Counted from the stretch's first letter, positions 41,879 to 53,382 are shown. The stretch: 64,000 bases of DNA from Candidatus Latescibacterota bacterium (GCA_965223905.1 CBDCXV010000001.1:800001-864000); one strand, 5' to 3'. Translations and numbers: made by a program. Notes: generated from the sequence alone by a model not told the origin.

Positions 41879-42405
41879 GGCGGCATCCGCTCGAGAAATC
41901 GGTGAATTTCCTCCGCGGCCTCTTCGGGGGTCCGTTCCCGGCACGACTGCACCGTCATGTCGGCGGCGGCGTAGAACGGGGCCCGCTCGATCAGCATGCG
42001 CTCGATTTTTTCCCGTTTCTGTTCCATGGTCAGCCCGGCGAGCAAGGGGCGGGTCTCCTTGCGGCCGACCCGCTCCAGTATCGTGTCCGCGTCCGCTTGA
42101 AGACAGACGAGCAGGCCCGGCGATTGGCGGACGGCGTCGCGGTTGCGCTCCTGGGTGATGGCGCCGCCGCCGAGGGCGACGACGACGTCGCGGCGCCGAG
42201 CGACCTCGACTACGCAGCCGTGCTCGAGATCCCGGAACCAGTCCTCGCCTTTGTCCGCAAAAATATCCGCGATCGCCATGCCGGCGCGCTCCTCCACCAT
42301 GTCGTCGGTATCGATGAACCTGCGTCCCATGCGCCGGGCCAGCAGGCGCCCCACCTTGCTTTTGCCGGTCGCCATGAACCCGGTGAGGAAAACCGGGCCG
42401 TTCAC
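41866..42405 (-). CDS. aroK: Shikimate kinase
   Basis: GFMATGKS P-loop, DTD, GEDWFR, LGGG and RPLL motifs; start could be up to 42456. Confidence 0.94.
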   Translation of the reverse strand: MNGPVFLTGFMATGKSKVGRLLARRMGRRFIDTDDMVEERAGMAIADIFADKGEDWFRDLEHGCVVEVARRRDVVVALGGGAITQERNRDAVRQSPGLLVCLQADADTILERVGRKETRPLLAGLTMEQKREKIERMLIERAPFYAAADMTVQSCRERTPEEAAEEIHRFLERMPPCRP

Positions 42406-42559
42406 GGGTCGCACCGGCCCCCGGCCGGCAGAAGCCGGGCCCGGGCACACTCCCACCGGCGTGTACTGGGAAGGACACTGCTGTGTGAGCCGAAGCCGGG
42501 CTCGAACGGCTTCGGCCGCGGCCTGCAGGCACCGATGGTCAGCTGCGCGAAGCCCATAA

Positions 42560-44263
42560 TCACATCTCCTCCGGGGCTTTCATCCCAACCAGCTCCAGCC
42601 CCGTGCGCAGCACCGCGCGCACCGCGTCGACCAGCCTGACCCGGGCCTCGGCGAGCTCGGGGTCGCCGGGTACCAGCACCTGCAGTTCGTTGTACATCTT
42701 GTTGGCGACCGCGGCCAGGTCGAGCAGATAGGCGGTGATACAGGAGGGTTCGTTCTCGTCCGCGGCCTGTGCTACCTGTACGGGAAACTCTGCGAGCTTC
42801 CGGGCGACCCGCATCTCGGCGGGTTCCCCCAGCCTGGCCGCGTCGCCGTGGTCCGGCGGTCTTCCGAATCGACTCAGGATGCTGCAGAAGCGCGCATGAG
42901 TGTACTGCAGGTAGGGCCCGGTCTCGCCGTCGAAGTTGAGCACCTCGGCCAGGGAAAAGCTCACGTCGCGGGTGCGACGGTTGCTGACGTCGGCGAACAC
43001 CACAGCCCCTATGCCAACCTGCCGCGCCACTTCCTCCCTGCCGGCGAGCTGTGGGTTCTTCTCAGAGATGATCCGCTGCGCCAGCTCGACGGCGCGCTCG
43101 AGCACGTCTTCGAGCAACAGCGCGTTCCCCTTGCGGCTTCCCATCGCTTCCCCCTTGAACGAGAGCAACCCGAAGGGGGCGTGCACGCAGCGGTTGATCC
43201 AGTCGGCGCCCGCCCGTTCCAGGGAGCCGAAAACCTGGCGGAAGTGCAGCTGCTGCCGGATGTCGGTGACGTAGACCATCTTGTCGAACCGGTAGCGCTC
43301 CCAGCGGTAGCGCAGCGCGGCGAGGTCGCGGCTGTGGTAGGTGCTCGTACCGGCGCTGGTTCGCAGCATGCAGGGGGGGATGTCCTCCCCGAGGCGGACG
43401 ATCAGCGCCCCCTCGCTCTCTTCGGCGAGCCCCTTTTCCGCGAAGAAGGCGATCGTCTCGTCGAGCCGGTCGGCGAAGTGGCTCTCGCCGAGGTAGTCGT
43501 CGAACTCCACCTGGAGAATGCGGTACATGCGCTCCGCTTCACGGCGTCCTTCCTCTACGAAGTACCGCCACAGGGAGACCATCTCCTCGTCGCCTGCTGC
43601 TAGGCGGACGAGACGTGCCCGAGCTTCCTGGGCGAGCTCGGGATGGCTTTTCTGCTCGTCGTTGAAGCGCACGTACAGGTTGGACAGCTCCGCCACCGGA
43701 TTGGTTCTGACCTTGTCGGGATCTGCCCACAAGGTGTAGGCGGCGAGGAGTTGCCCGAAGTTGGCGCCGTAGTCGCCGTAGTAGTTGATGCCAACGCATT
43801 TCCAGCCGAGGAAGGCGTGGATGCGGCGGATGGCGTTGCCGATGGCGGTGGAGCGCAGGTGCTGGATGCCGAACGGCTTGGCGAGATTCGGAGCGCCGAA
43901 GTCGATGGCGAGGGTCTTGCCACGCCCCTGATTCCCGGACCCGTACTGGCTGTCCTTGGCGGCGATTTCCTCGAGGGTGTGGCGAATGAAGGCAGTGCGG
44001 TTCAGCCTGAAGTTGACGTACCCTCCCGCGGCCTCGACGGCGTCGATCCGGTCGCTTGCGGCGCCGCTGAGCCGGGAGGCCACCTCGCCGGCGATCTGGG
44101 CAGGGTTCCGGCGCAGCTGCTTGGCCAGCGTGAAGCAGGGGAGCGCGTAGTCCCCCAATTCCTCCGCCGGCGGTACGGAAAGCAGTTCCCGCAAGGTCTC
44201 GGAATCGAGCCCGGTCGCCGACGCGGCACCTTCGAGTATTTCCTCTACGAACGGATTGGTCAC
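42560..44263 (-). CDS. argS: Arginine--tRNA ligase
   Basis: PNLAKPFGIQHLRSTAIG (HIGH variant), MGSRKG and GETGPYLQYTHAR. Confidence 0.95.
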   Translation of the reverse strand: MTNPFVEEILEGAASATGLDSETLRELLSVPPAEELGDYALPCFTLAKQLRRNPAQIAGEVASRLSGAASDRIDAVEAAGGYVNFRLNRTAFIRHTLEEIAAKDSQYGSGNQGRGKTLAIDFGAPNLAKPFGIQHLRSTAIGNAIRRIHAFLGWKCVGINYYGDYGANFGQLLAAYTLWADPDKVRTNPVAELSNLYVRFNDEQKSHPELAQEARARLVRLAAGDEEMVSLWRYFVEEGRREAERMYRILQVEFDDYLGESHFADRLDETIAFFAEKGLAEESEGALIVRLGEDIPPCMLRTSAGTSTYHSRDLAALRYRWERYRFDKMVYVTDIRQQLHFRQVFGSLERAGADWINRCVHAPFGLLSFKGEAMGSRKGNALLLEDVLERAVELAQRIISEKNPQLAGREEVARQVGIGAVVFADVSNRRTRDVSFSLAEVLNFDGETGPYLQYTHARFCSILSRFGRPPDHGDAARLGEPAEMRVARKLAEFPVQVAQAADENEPSCITAYLLDLAAVANKMYNELQVLVPGDPELAEARVRLVDAVRAVLRTGLELVGMKAPEEM

Positions 44264-45111
44264 GGTTCCACCTGGCCGACCAGGGCCTGTTTCATTACCT
44301 CCACGGGCGCGGCCACACCGGTCCAGATCTCGAAGGCGCGCGCCCCCTGGTGAACGAGCATCCCGAGCCCGTCGATGGTGCGCGCTCCGGCCTTCTCGGC
44401 CTGCGCCAGCAGGCGCGTGCGCCGCGGTTTGTAGACGATGTCGAGAACGGTGAGGTGGTCGTGCAATACCGACGGATCCGGCAGCGGGGAAGCGTCCGGC
44501 CGCGGATGCATTCCGACCGAAGTCGCGTTGATCAGCAGGCCCGCTGCGCCAATGGCGTCCCCCCCGCCAAGAGTTCCGACGTGCACGCGGCGGGACTCCG
44601 GGTCGAGATCGGCAGCCAGGGCTTCGGCTTTTTCCACGGTGCGGTTGAGGAGCGCCACCTCTTCCACTTCTTCCGCCTGCAGCAAGGCGTAGAGAATGGC
44701 CCGGGCGGCGCCCCCTGCGCCGAGCAGCGCCACCGCCCCCGGCAGGGAATCGAGTCCGCCGTCGGCGCGAAGGCTGGCGATGACGCCTTCCGCATCGGTG
44801 TTGTACCCGGTCAGGCGCCCATCCTGGTTGGCGATCGTGTTCACCGCCCCGATGACCCGGGCTTCTTCCGAGATCTCGTCCAGTCCCTCCATCACCGCCA
44901 CTTTGTGCGGCACCGTTACGTTCAGGCCGCGGATGCCGAGGGTCCGCATCGCCACCGGGACTTCGGCGACGCGGTCCGGGGGTACGGCGAACGGCAGGTA
45001 GGCGAAATCGAGTTCCGTCCTGGCGAGCGCGGCGTTGTGCATCGCCGGAGAGGAGCTGTGCTCGACGGGGTACCCGATCACCCCGAGCAGGCCGGTTCTC
45101 GAGGTGATCAA
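44260..45111 (-). CDS. aroE: Shikimate dehydrogenase
   Basis: HSSSPAMHN, NVTVPHK, GAVNT, GYNTD, GAGGAARA and GLGMLVHQG; TTG start at 45111 overlaps the upstream small ORF stop. Confidence 0.94.
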   Translation of the reverse strand: MITSRTGLLGVIGYPVEHSSSPAMHNAALARTELDFAYLPFAVPPDRVAEVPVAMRTLGIRGLNVTVPHKVAVMEGLDEISEEARVIGAVNTIANQDGRLTGYNTDAEGVIASLRADGGLDSLPGAVALLGAGGAARAILYALLQAEEVEEVALLNRTVEKAEALAADLDPESRRVHVGTLGGGDAIGAAGLLINATSVGMHPRPDASPLPDPSVLHDHLTVLDIVYKPRRTRLLAQAEKAGARTIDGLGMLVHQGARAFEIWTGVAAPVEVMKQALVGQVEP

Positions 45112-45248
45112 CCGAGGAGATCCTCGATGAACTGGTCGGCTATCTCCAGACTCTCGCTCCAACTCGCACCGTAGAGCAGCTTGATCAACAACACGCCGCC
45201 GCCGAACAGCAGGGCGAGCAGCGCGAACAAGCGAATGAACCCACTCAT
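45108..45248 (-). CDS. Unannotated 46-aa single-pass membrane protein
   Basis: MSGFIRLFALLALLFGGGVLLIKLLYGASWSESLEIADQFIEDLLG; begins 1 nt after the aroA-like stop and its stop overlaps the aroE start. Confidence 0.65.
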   Translation of the reverse strand: MSGFIRLFALLALLFGGGVLLIKLLYGASWSESLEIADQFIEDLLG

Positions 45249-45249
45249 G

Positions 45250-46533
45250 TCATCTCTCTTTCTTCTTGTCTTGCAAAGCCTGCAACAGATCGCAGAAGCC
45301 GGGAAAAACCTCTTGCAGACAGCCGCTGTCTGCGAGAACCGTCTCCCCGTCGGCGAGCAGTCCCGCCACCGCGAACGCCATCGCGAGTCCGGAATCGTTT
45401 CTGCAGTCGATCTCGCTCCCGGTCAGGGGCCTGCCCCCTTCTATGACGATCCCCTCGGGATACTCGCCGACTTTCGCCCCGATCCTGCGCAGAGCGGAAA
45501 CCAGGTGAGCGACCAGGTCGTAGCTCCCCTGCCGCAGGGGGGCGATGTCGCGGATGATGAATTCACCCTCCACCTGGGTCGCCAGTACCGCCAGCATCGC
45601 CATCTGATCGAGGAGGCGTTCGGTCCGCCCCCCGGCGACGCGCGTTCCCTTGAGCCTTGCGGCTTCGACAACCAGGTCCGCGGCCTCGTCCTCCCGCTCT
45701 TCGACCGCGGCCTCGCCTCCGATCTGCCTGAGGAGTTCGAGGAACGGGCGCTGTGGCGAGCGCAGCTCGACGTTGCGGATGCGGACCTTCGAGCTCATCA
45801 GGCTCGAAGCGGCCACCACAAGCGGCAGTGCCAACCGCAGCTCACCCGGCACGGAGACCCGAACTGCCCGCAGGTGCGTTCCCCCCTCCACGGTCATCGC
45901 GCGCGCGCCCTCCCGCCGGTTCCGTGAAATTCCGGCGCCGCGGCGCTCCAACAGCTCGGCGACGCGATCCCTGGATGAAAGTGGTTCCCTGACCTCTGTG
46001 GCCCCCTTGCCGTACAGGCCGGCGATCAGGAGCGCCAGCTTTTCCGGTGCCTCGAGGTCGGTCTCGGGATGTGAGGCCCCCTTCATGCCGTCGCCGCGGT
46101 CGAAGATGACTTCATTGCCGGCTTCGAGACGGCCTGCCGCTCCCATCCTGGCGAGGAGCTCGAGGAGCCGGGTGCAGGACTCCTGCTGCGCCGCGGGAAT
46201 CCGGGCCCTAAAGGGGATGCCCTGCCCGGCGAGCACGGCCAGTGCGGGCAGAGCCGCTGCCCCGGTGTCCGTCAGATCGACGAGGCCTTCGACGCCTCCC
46301 AGGGCATGCGGGCCTGCCCCTCGAATCGCCAGGGTGGAGTTTTCCCGCTTGGTTCCGATGCCGGCCGACTGCAGCCAGGAGACCAGGCGCTCCGAGCCCG
46401 GAGGGAGGTTGTCGACTTCCGAGTCCCCCTCGGCAACTGCGGCCAGCAGCAGAGCCAGGGCGGCTCCGTCCCGATCGCCCGGGACGCGCGCCTCCCCCTC
46501 GAGCCTGCGCGCGGCGGCTACTCGCTGCCTCAT
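45250..46533 (-). CDS. EPSP synthase (AroA) fold protein with a degenerate active site
   Basis: Colinear with AroA (L.GE.RVPGD, LLIAGL, EP..SRD, VPG, LATQVEG, AMAFAVAGL, FPGF) and in the aroA position after tyrA, but catalytic motifs are replaced. Confidence 0.8.
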   Translation of the reverse strand: MRQRVAAARRLEGEARVPGDRDGAALALLLAAVAEGDSEVDNLPPGSERLVSWLQSAGIGTKRENSTLAIRGAGPHALGGVEGLVDLTDTGAAALPALAVLAGQGIPFRARIPAAQQESCTRLLELLARMGAAGRLEAGNEVIFDRGDGMKGASHPETDLEAPEKLALLIAGLYGKGATEVREPLSSRDRVAELLERRGAGISRNRREGARAMTVEGGTHLRAVRVSVPGELRLALPLVVAASSLMSSKVRIRNVELRSPQRPFLELLRQIGGEAAVEEREDEAADLVVEAARLKGTRVAGGRTERLLDQMAMLAVLATQVEGEFIIRDIAPLRQGSYDLVAHLVSALRRIGAKVGEYPEGIVIEGGRPLTGSEIDCRNDSGLAMAFAVAGLLADGETVLADSGCLQEVFPGFCDLLQALQDKKKER

Positions 46534-46561
46534 CTGCCAATCGGTTGGCGGGAAGTGCGGA

Positions 46562-47692
46562 TCACGGCAATCGAGCCTGGTAGCCGAGGGAGTTGAGCAC
46601 CACCAGCGACTGCTCGGCTGCCTCGGGGCTGTCGAACCCCAGGCGGATGGTGCCGCCTTCACCCTCGCGCACCTTCATCACCTCGATGTCGTTGATGTTG
46701 AGATTCGCCGCGGCCAGACCGCCGGCGATTTCCGCAATCACTCCCGGTTTGTCCTCGGCGACGACGAGAATCTCGTGCAGGCGGTGCAGAAACCCCTTGG
46801 CGTCGCGCGGAATCGACGCCCGCATTTCATTGGCGAAATCGAAGTCCCGTTGCAGGCTCTCGTTGCCAACGCGTGCGCGGACATCGCCCAGCATTGCCGA
46901 GAAACGGTCGATCAGCTCGCGAATGCTGTCGCCGTTGGTCCTGCATATGTCCTCCCACACAGGGGCGAAGGGACTGGAGGCGATGCGCGTCAGGTCGCGG
47001 AAACCTCCCGCAGCCAGCGGCAGATACAGGCCTCCTTCTTCCTCGTTCATGCGTCCCACCATCTCGACGAGGGAGGTCGCCAGCATCTGCGGCAAGTGCG
47101 AGATCGCGGCGACGACGCGGTCGTGCATCTCGGCGGACAACTCGACGACCCTGGCGCCGATGCGTCCCAGCAGCAGCTGCAGGTCGGCATAGAGCCGTTC
47201 CGGGACGCGCTCATCCGGTACCAGGATGTAGATCGCATTCTGAAACAGGAACGGATCGGCGGCGCTGACTCCCGATCGTTCGGAGCCGGCCATCGGGTGC
47301 CCGCCTATGAAATAGGCCTTCTCTCTGCCTGCGGTGAGCGCGGTTTGCGCGATCACCCGCTTGGTGCTGCCTACATCCGTGATGAGGGCATTGTCGCGGG
47401 AGAGGCGCATCACCTCGGGGAGGAGTTCCACGATGCGCCGGATCGGGGTGCACAGCAGGATCAGATCGGCATCGGCGATCCCCCTGTCGAGCTCTTCGTA
47501 GGAATACCCTTCGTCGAGCACTCCCAGTTCCAAGGCCTTGGCGATGGTCTCGTTGCGGCTGATGCCGGCAACGCGCGTCGAGGGGGCGGCCTGCCTGACT
47601 GCGAGTCCAAGGGAGCCGCCGATCAGGCCGACGCCGACTATGGCGATACGCTCGAAGACGTCAGCTCTCCTTGCGTCCTGGCTGCGGGCCAT
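46562..47692 (-). CDS. tyrA: Prephenate/arogenate dehydrogenase with C-terminal ACT domain
   Basis: GVGLIGGS, DVGSTK, GGHPMAGSE, HD...SHLP, GFRDLTRIA and DKPGVIA (ACT). Confidence 0.93.
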   Translation of the reverse strand: MARSQDARRADVFERIAIVGVGLIGGSLGLAVRQAAPSTRVAGISRNETIAKALELGVLDEGYSYEELDRGIADADLILLCTPIRRIVELLPEVMRLSRDNALITDVGSTKRVIAQTALTAGREKAYFIGGHPMAGSERSGVSAADPFLFQNAIYILVPDERVPERLYADLQLLLGRIGARVVELSAEMHDRVVAAISHLPQMLATSLVEMVGRMNEEEGGLYLPLAAGGFRDLTRIASSPFAPVWEDICRTNGDSIRELIDRFSAMLGDVRARVGNESLQRDFDFANEMRASIPRDAKGFLHRLHEILVVAEDKPGVIAEIAGGLAAANLNINDIEVMKVREGEGGTIRLGFDSPEAAEQSLVVLNSLGYQARLP

Positions 47693-47704
47693 TCGGCATT
47701 CCGG

Positions 47705-47968
47705 TCACTGCTCCTCGAGGCCTCGAGCTTCGGCGATAATGCGCGTGAAAACGTCGACCAATGCCCTGTCTCCCAGCGGTCCCTGGTTGTATTGCTGCAG
47801 GCGTTGCAACAGGTCGCGTTCCCGTTGCGGGTCGCGGACCTCCAGCCCTTCGGCGCGCTTGATCCTGCCGATCTCCTCGGCGTACTCGAGCCGTTTGTTG
47901 ATGAGATCGACCAGCTCTTCGTCGACCTCGTCGATGCGGGCCCGCCACTCACTGAGGTCCATTCGCAA
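47705..47968 (-). CDS. Chorismate mutase (AroQ class)
   Basis: R.RIDEVD...R...IGRIK...RDPQRE; AGGAG SD before TTG. Confidence 0.9.
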   Translation of the reverse strand: MRMDLSEWRARIDEVDEELVDLINKRLEYAEEIGRIKRAEGLEVRDPQRERDLLQRLQQYNQGPLGDRALVDVFTRIIAEARGLEEQ

Positions 47969-48014
47969 CGGCGCTCCTGTTCGGGATTACCCGCTCCCCG
48001 GCCGCGATTCCGGA

Positions 48015-49001
48015 CTAGCGAAAACCCATGACCGCGCGCACGCGATCCATCGTCCGCTCGACGACAGGGCTCGCCTTTCCCGCCCCCTGTTCCAGAATCC
48101 CGTCCAGGTAGTGCGGATCTGCGGTTATCTCGCGGTACTTCTCCTGCAGCGGCGCCAACGACTCGATCACGAGGTCGGCGAGCTCCCCCTTGAGGTCTCC
48201 GTACCCCTTGCCTTGGAATCGGGCTTCGATCTCCTCCTCGCTGCGTCCGGACAGCGCCTGGTATATCGTCAGCAGGTTGAAAAGCCCGGGGCGCTGGGGG
48301 TTGAAAACGATATCCCGCTCCGAGTCGGTGACCGCCCGCGCCAGCTTCCTGCGTATCACCTTCGGGTCGTCGAGAAGGCCGATGGCGTGGTACTTGCCCG
48401 TCTCGGATTTCGACATCTTCCTGGTGGGGTCATCCAGACCCATGACGCGCGCCCCGACGGGCCGAATCAGCGGCTCGGGCGCGGTGAACACCTTTCCGAA
48501 GCGATTGTTGAAGCGGTTGGCGATGTCGCGCGCCAGCTCGACGTGCTGCTTCTGATCCTCGCCGACAGGGACCGCGTCCGCCTGGTAGATGAGGATGTCG
48601 GCAGCCATGAGCACGGGGTAGGCGAAGAGCCCGGTGCCGATCGCTTCGTCGCGTCCGCCTGCCTTGTCCTTGAACTGCGTCATCCGCTGCAGCCAGCCCA
48701 TCGGCGTCACGCAGGTGAGCAGCCAGGTGAGCTCGGTGTGTTCGGGGACGTGCGACTGCACGAACAGGACGCTGCGTTCCGGGTCGATGCCGGCAGCCAG
48801 GAGAACGGCGGCCATCAGCCGGGTGTTCGCCCTGAGCACTTCGGGATCGTAGTCGACGGTGATGGCGTGCTGATCGACGATGCAGAAGTAGTTCTCGTAC
48901 TTCTCCTGGTCGGCCACCCAGTGAGCGATGGCACCGATGAGGTTGCCGATGTGGGGCTCGCCGCTCGGCTGGATGCCGGAAAGGACTCTTTTTCTGGCCA
49001 C
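48015..49001 (-). CDS. trpS: Tryptophan--tRNA ligase
   Basis: SGIQPSG.PHIGN, YPVLMAADIL, VGEDQKQH and KMSKS. Confidence 0.97.
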   Translation of the reverse strand: MARKRVLSGIQPSGEPHIGNLIGAIAHWVADQEKYENYFCIVDQHAITVDYDPEVLRANTRLMAAVLLAAGIDPERSVLFVQSHVPEHTELTWLLTCVTPMGWLQRMTQFKDKAGGRDEAIGTGLFAYPVLMAADILIYQADAVPVGEDQKQHVELARDIANRFNNRFGKVFTAPEPLIRPVGARVMGLDDPTRKMSKSETGKYHAIGLLDDPKVIRRKLARAVTDSERDIVFNPQRPGLFNLLTIYQALSGRSEEEIEARFQGKGYGDLKGELADLVIESLAPLQEKYREITADPHYLDGILEQGAGKASPVVERTMDRVRAVMGFR

Positions 49002-49009
49002 CTCGATTC

Positions 49010-49804
49010 CTACCTGGCGAGCAATTCCCCGACTTTGGCGCCGATGTCCGGCTCGCGCATCAGGGCTTCGCCGACGAGCACCGCGTCGGCGCCGGCTTCT
49101 CCGACCGCCTCGACGTCGGCGCGTGTATTGATGCCGCTCTCGCTGACCGTGACCGCATTGCCTCCGATCTGCGGCAGCAGCTCGAATGTCGTTTCCAGAG
49201 TGGTGGTGAAGGTCTTGAGATCGCGGTTGTTGACGCCGATCGGATCGGCGCCGGCCGCCAGCGCGCGCTGCACCTCCTCCAGGCAGTGCACTTCAACGAG
49301 CACCGCGAGTCCGAGTTCGCGCCCGATCCCGAGGAAGTCCTCCAGCTGCCCGCCGTCCATAAGGGCGACGATCAGGAGCACGGCATCGGCGCCGATGACG
49401 CGCGCCTCGTGCAGTTGGTACTGATCGACGGTGAAATCCTTGCGCAATACCGGCAGCCCTGCCGCGGCGCGCGCCGACTGCAGATGGTCGTCGCATCCCT
49501 GAAAGTACCCCTCGTCGGTAAGCACCGACAACGCGCTTGCACCGCTCCCTGCGTAGATGGCGGCGATATCCGAGGGATTGAAATCGGCGCGAATCACACC
49601 CTTGGATGGAGAGGCTTTTTTGATTTCCGCGATTAGGGCGACACCTTCCCCGGTCAGGGCGCCGCGAAAATCGAGAGGCTGCGGGCAGTCCCGTGCATGC
49701 GCGCGCACGTCCGCAAGCGAGCGGGCCGCCATGGCGCGCGCCACGAAGTCGCGCTTGTAGGCGGCGATCTCCCGCAGGATATCGGTCTCTTTTGCGACCG
49801 TCAT
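49010..49804 (-). CDS. trpC: Indole-3-glycerol phosphate synthase
   Basis: IAEIKKASPSKG, LRKDF, GVNNRDL, SESGI and LVGEALM. Confidence 0.96.
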   Translation of the reverse strand: MTVAKETDILREIAAYKRDFVARAMAARSLADVRAHARDCPQPLDFRGALTGEGVALIAEIKKASPSKGVIRADFNPSDIAAIYAGSGASALSVLTDEGYFQGCDDHLQSARAAAGLPVLRKDFTVDQYQLHEARVIGADAVLLIVALMDGGQLEDFLGIGRELGLAVLVEVHCLEEVQRALAAGADPIGVNNRDLKTFTTTLETTFELLPQIGGNAVTVSESGINTRADVEAVGEAGADAVLVGEALMREPDIGAKVGELLAR

Positions 49805-49961
49805 GTTCCCTGGAGCAATTCCGGCAACCGCGCCCGGCGTCCACTCCCGGAGATGGACCGCGGCGATTCGGCCGGGGAAGGGCCTGGCTCCAAAGGCGCC
49901 TGAGCGAGTCGCACCCGGGCGGTGCGGCGAGCGAGCGGCCGGATATCGAGGGAATAGGACA

Positions 49962-50972
49962 TTATGAGTTGCTGACTTCGACCAGCTTTTCCAGGGCCGC
50001 GAGCCCCGCGCCCGAGGCGATGCCCTCCTCGGCAACGGCGGCCCCGGAAGGCAGATCCTCCGCGAGGTCTCCGGCGGCAACGGCGGCGGCGGCGTTCATC
50101 ACGACGATATCCTTCGCCGGCCCCGGCTTGCCTTCGAGCACCGACCGCAGGATGGCGGCGTTGTCGGCAGCCGTTCCCCCCTGGAGATCGGCGGCTGTCG
50201 CCGTCTCGAAGCCGAAACTGCCCGGGGTGACCTCGAAGGTTCTCAGGGCTCCGTTTTTCAGCTCGGTGACCTGCGAAGGCCCGGTCGACGTGATCTCGTC
50301 GAGGCCGTCGCTGCCGTGCACTACGTAGGCGCGTTCAGAGCCGAGCATCTTCAGCACCCCGGCGAGCTTCCCTGTGAGGCTGGCGTCGAAAACGCCGAGC
50401 AACTGCCGCTTCGCCCCGGCCGGATTGGTCAGGGGTCCGAGGATGTTGAAAACGGTGCGGGTGCCGATCTCCCTGCGAGGGCCGATGGCGTGCTTCATCG
50501 CCCGGTGCAACAGCGGCGCGAACAGGAAGCCGATGCCTGCTTCATCGAGGCACTCGGCGACCTTCCCCGGACCCGCCTCGACGTTGACCCCCAGTTCCTG
50601 CAGCACGTCGGCGGAGCCGCACCGGCTCGACATGGCGCGGTTGCCGTGCTTGGCGACGCAGAGCCCGGCACCGGCGGCGACGAAGGCGACAGCCGTAGAG
50701 ATGTTGAAGGTCCCCGAACCGTCCCCTCCGGTTCCGCAGGTGTCGATTTTCGTTCCCCTGCCGCCGCCGATGCGCGTCGCCTTCTCCCGCATCACCTCGG
50801 CGAAACCCGCCACCTCGGTCACGGTTTCACCCTTGCAGCGCAGGGCGATCAGGAAGGCCCCTGTCTGGGCGTCGGTCGCCTGTCCGCTCATGATCTGGTC
50901 CATCGCCCCGCGGGCGCTGTCGCGGTCGAGGTCCTCGCCGTCGAGAAGCTGTTGAATTACGGTCTGCATCAC
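49962..50972 (-). CDS. trpD: Anthranilate phosphoribosyltransferase
   Basis: DTCGTGGD, FNIST, KHGNR, GSADVL and DGLDE. Confidence 0.96.
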   Translation of the reverse strand: MMQTVIQQLLDGEDLDRDSARGAMDQIMSGQATDAQTGAFLIALRCKGETVTEVAGFAEVMREKATRIGGGRGTKIDTCGTGGDGSGTFNISTAVAFVAAGAGLCVAKHGNRAMSSRCGSADVLQELGVNVEAGPGKVAECLDEAGIGFLFAPLLHRAMKHAIGPRREIGTRTVFNILGPLTNPAGAKRQLLGVFDASLTGKLAGVLKMLGSERAYVVHGSDGLDEITSTGPSQVTELKNGALRTFEVTPGSFGFETATAADLQGGTAADNAAILRSVLEGKPGPAKDIVVMNAAAAVAAGDLAEDLPSGAAVAEEGIASGAGLAALEKLVEVSNS

Positions 50973-51000
50973 TCGCGCCCCTTCTCCTGGTCGGTGAGGG

Positions 51001-51550
51001 TCAGTTCTGGTTGAGGAAATTGGCGAGCAGCCGCTTGCCGGCCCCGGTCAGGATCGATTCGGGATGGAACTGGACTCCCTGAACCGGGAAGTCGCGGTGG
51101 CGGATGCCCATGATGACGCCGTCGCCGGTTTCGGCCACTACCTCGAGGCAGTCGGGCAGGGTTTCGCGCTCGACGACGAGCGAGTGGTAACGCGTAGCGG
51201 TGAAGGGGTTGGGCAAGTCGGCGAAGAGGCGCTGACCGTCGTGGTGGATTTCCGACGTCTTTCCGTGCATGATGCAGGGGGCGCGCAGGACGATTCCGCC
51301 GAAGGCCTGGCCGATCGCCTGGTGCCCGAGACAGACGCCGAGCAGGGGTATTGTCGGGCCGAGTCGAAGCGCCAGTTCCATCGAGATGCCGGCCTCGTTC
51401 GGCGTACAGGGGCCAGGCGAGATGACGATCTTCTCAGGCTGGAGAGCGGCCACTTCATCGACGGTGATCTTGTCGTTCCGGTGCACCTGCAACTCGGCGC
51501 CGAGCTCTCCCAGGTACTGAACGAGATTGTATGTAAAGGAATCGTAGTTA

Positions 51551-51567
<17 letters not shown>
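51001..51567 (-). CDS. trpG: Anthranilate synthase component II (glutamine amidotransferase)
   Basis: [26 protein letters not shown] and QFHPES. Confidence 0.95.
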
Positions 51568-53137
<1,570 letters not shown>

Positions 53138-53220
53138 CGAAGTGCTCTTTGTGGTGGTCTTCGCGTCCGGTCCGTTTGTTCGGTTATGCTAACCCGGGAA
53201 GCTCAGGTTGAGCTCCCGGC

Positions 53221-53253
53221 AAAAAAAAACCGCGAACGCTGATGCGTCCGCGG
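53221..53253 (-). terminator. Intrinsic terminator of the trp attenuator
   Basis: CCGCGGACGC-ATCA-GCGTTCGCGG hairpin followed by T9 on the minus strand. Confidence 0.9.
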
Positions 53254-53274
53254 CGACTTTCGGTATTCGTTGTT

Positions 53275-53382
53275 TCAGGCCCCGGCAGGCAATCGGGTGG
53301 ACGCATCCATTTCGCGTTTGTGATAACGACGCCACCAGTATCGGCGGCCTGCGATCGAACCTGCGTCCATGAGTCTCGTCAT
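53275..53382 (-). CDS. trpL: trp operon leader peptide
   Basis: MTRLMDAGSIAGRRYWWRRYHKREMDASTRLPAGA with tandem TGG TGG (53332-53337); AGGTG SD-like; alternative start at 53370. Confidence 0.82.
   Translation of the reverse strand: MTRLMDAGSIAGRRYWWRRYHKREMDASTRLPAGA

Noticed and set aside
42488-42517. Hairpin gccgaagccg...cggcttcggc between argS and aroK
   Set aside because: No U-tract on either side, so not called as a terminator; may be an mRNA stability element
45112-45162. N-terminal extension of aroE given by the ORF track
   Set aside because: Homology starts at MITSRT (TTG 45111); the region is better explained by the 46-aa ORF in another frame
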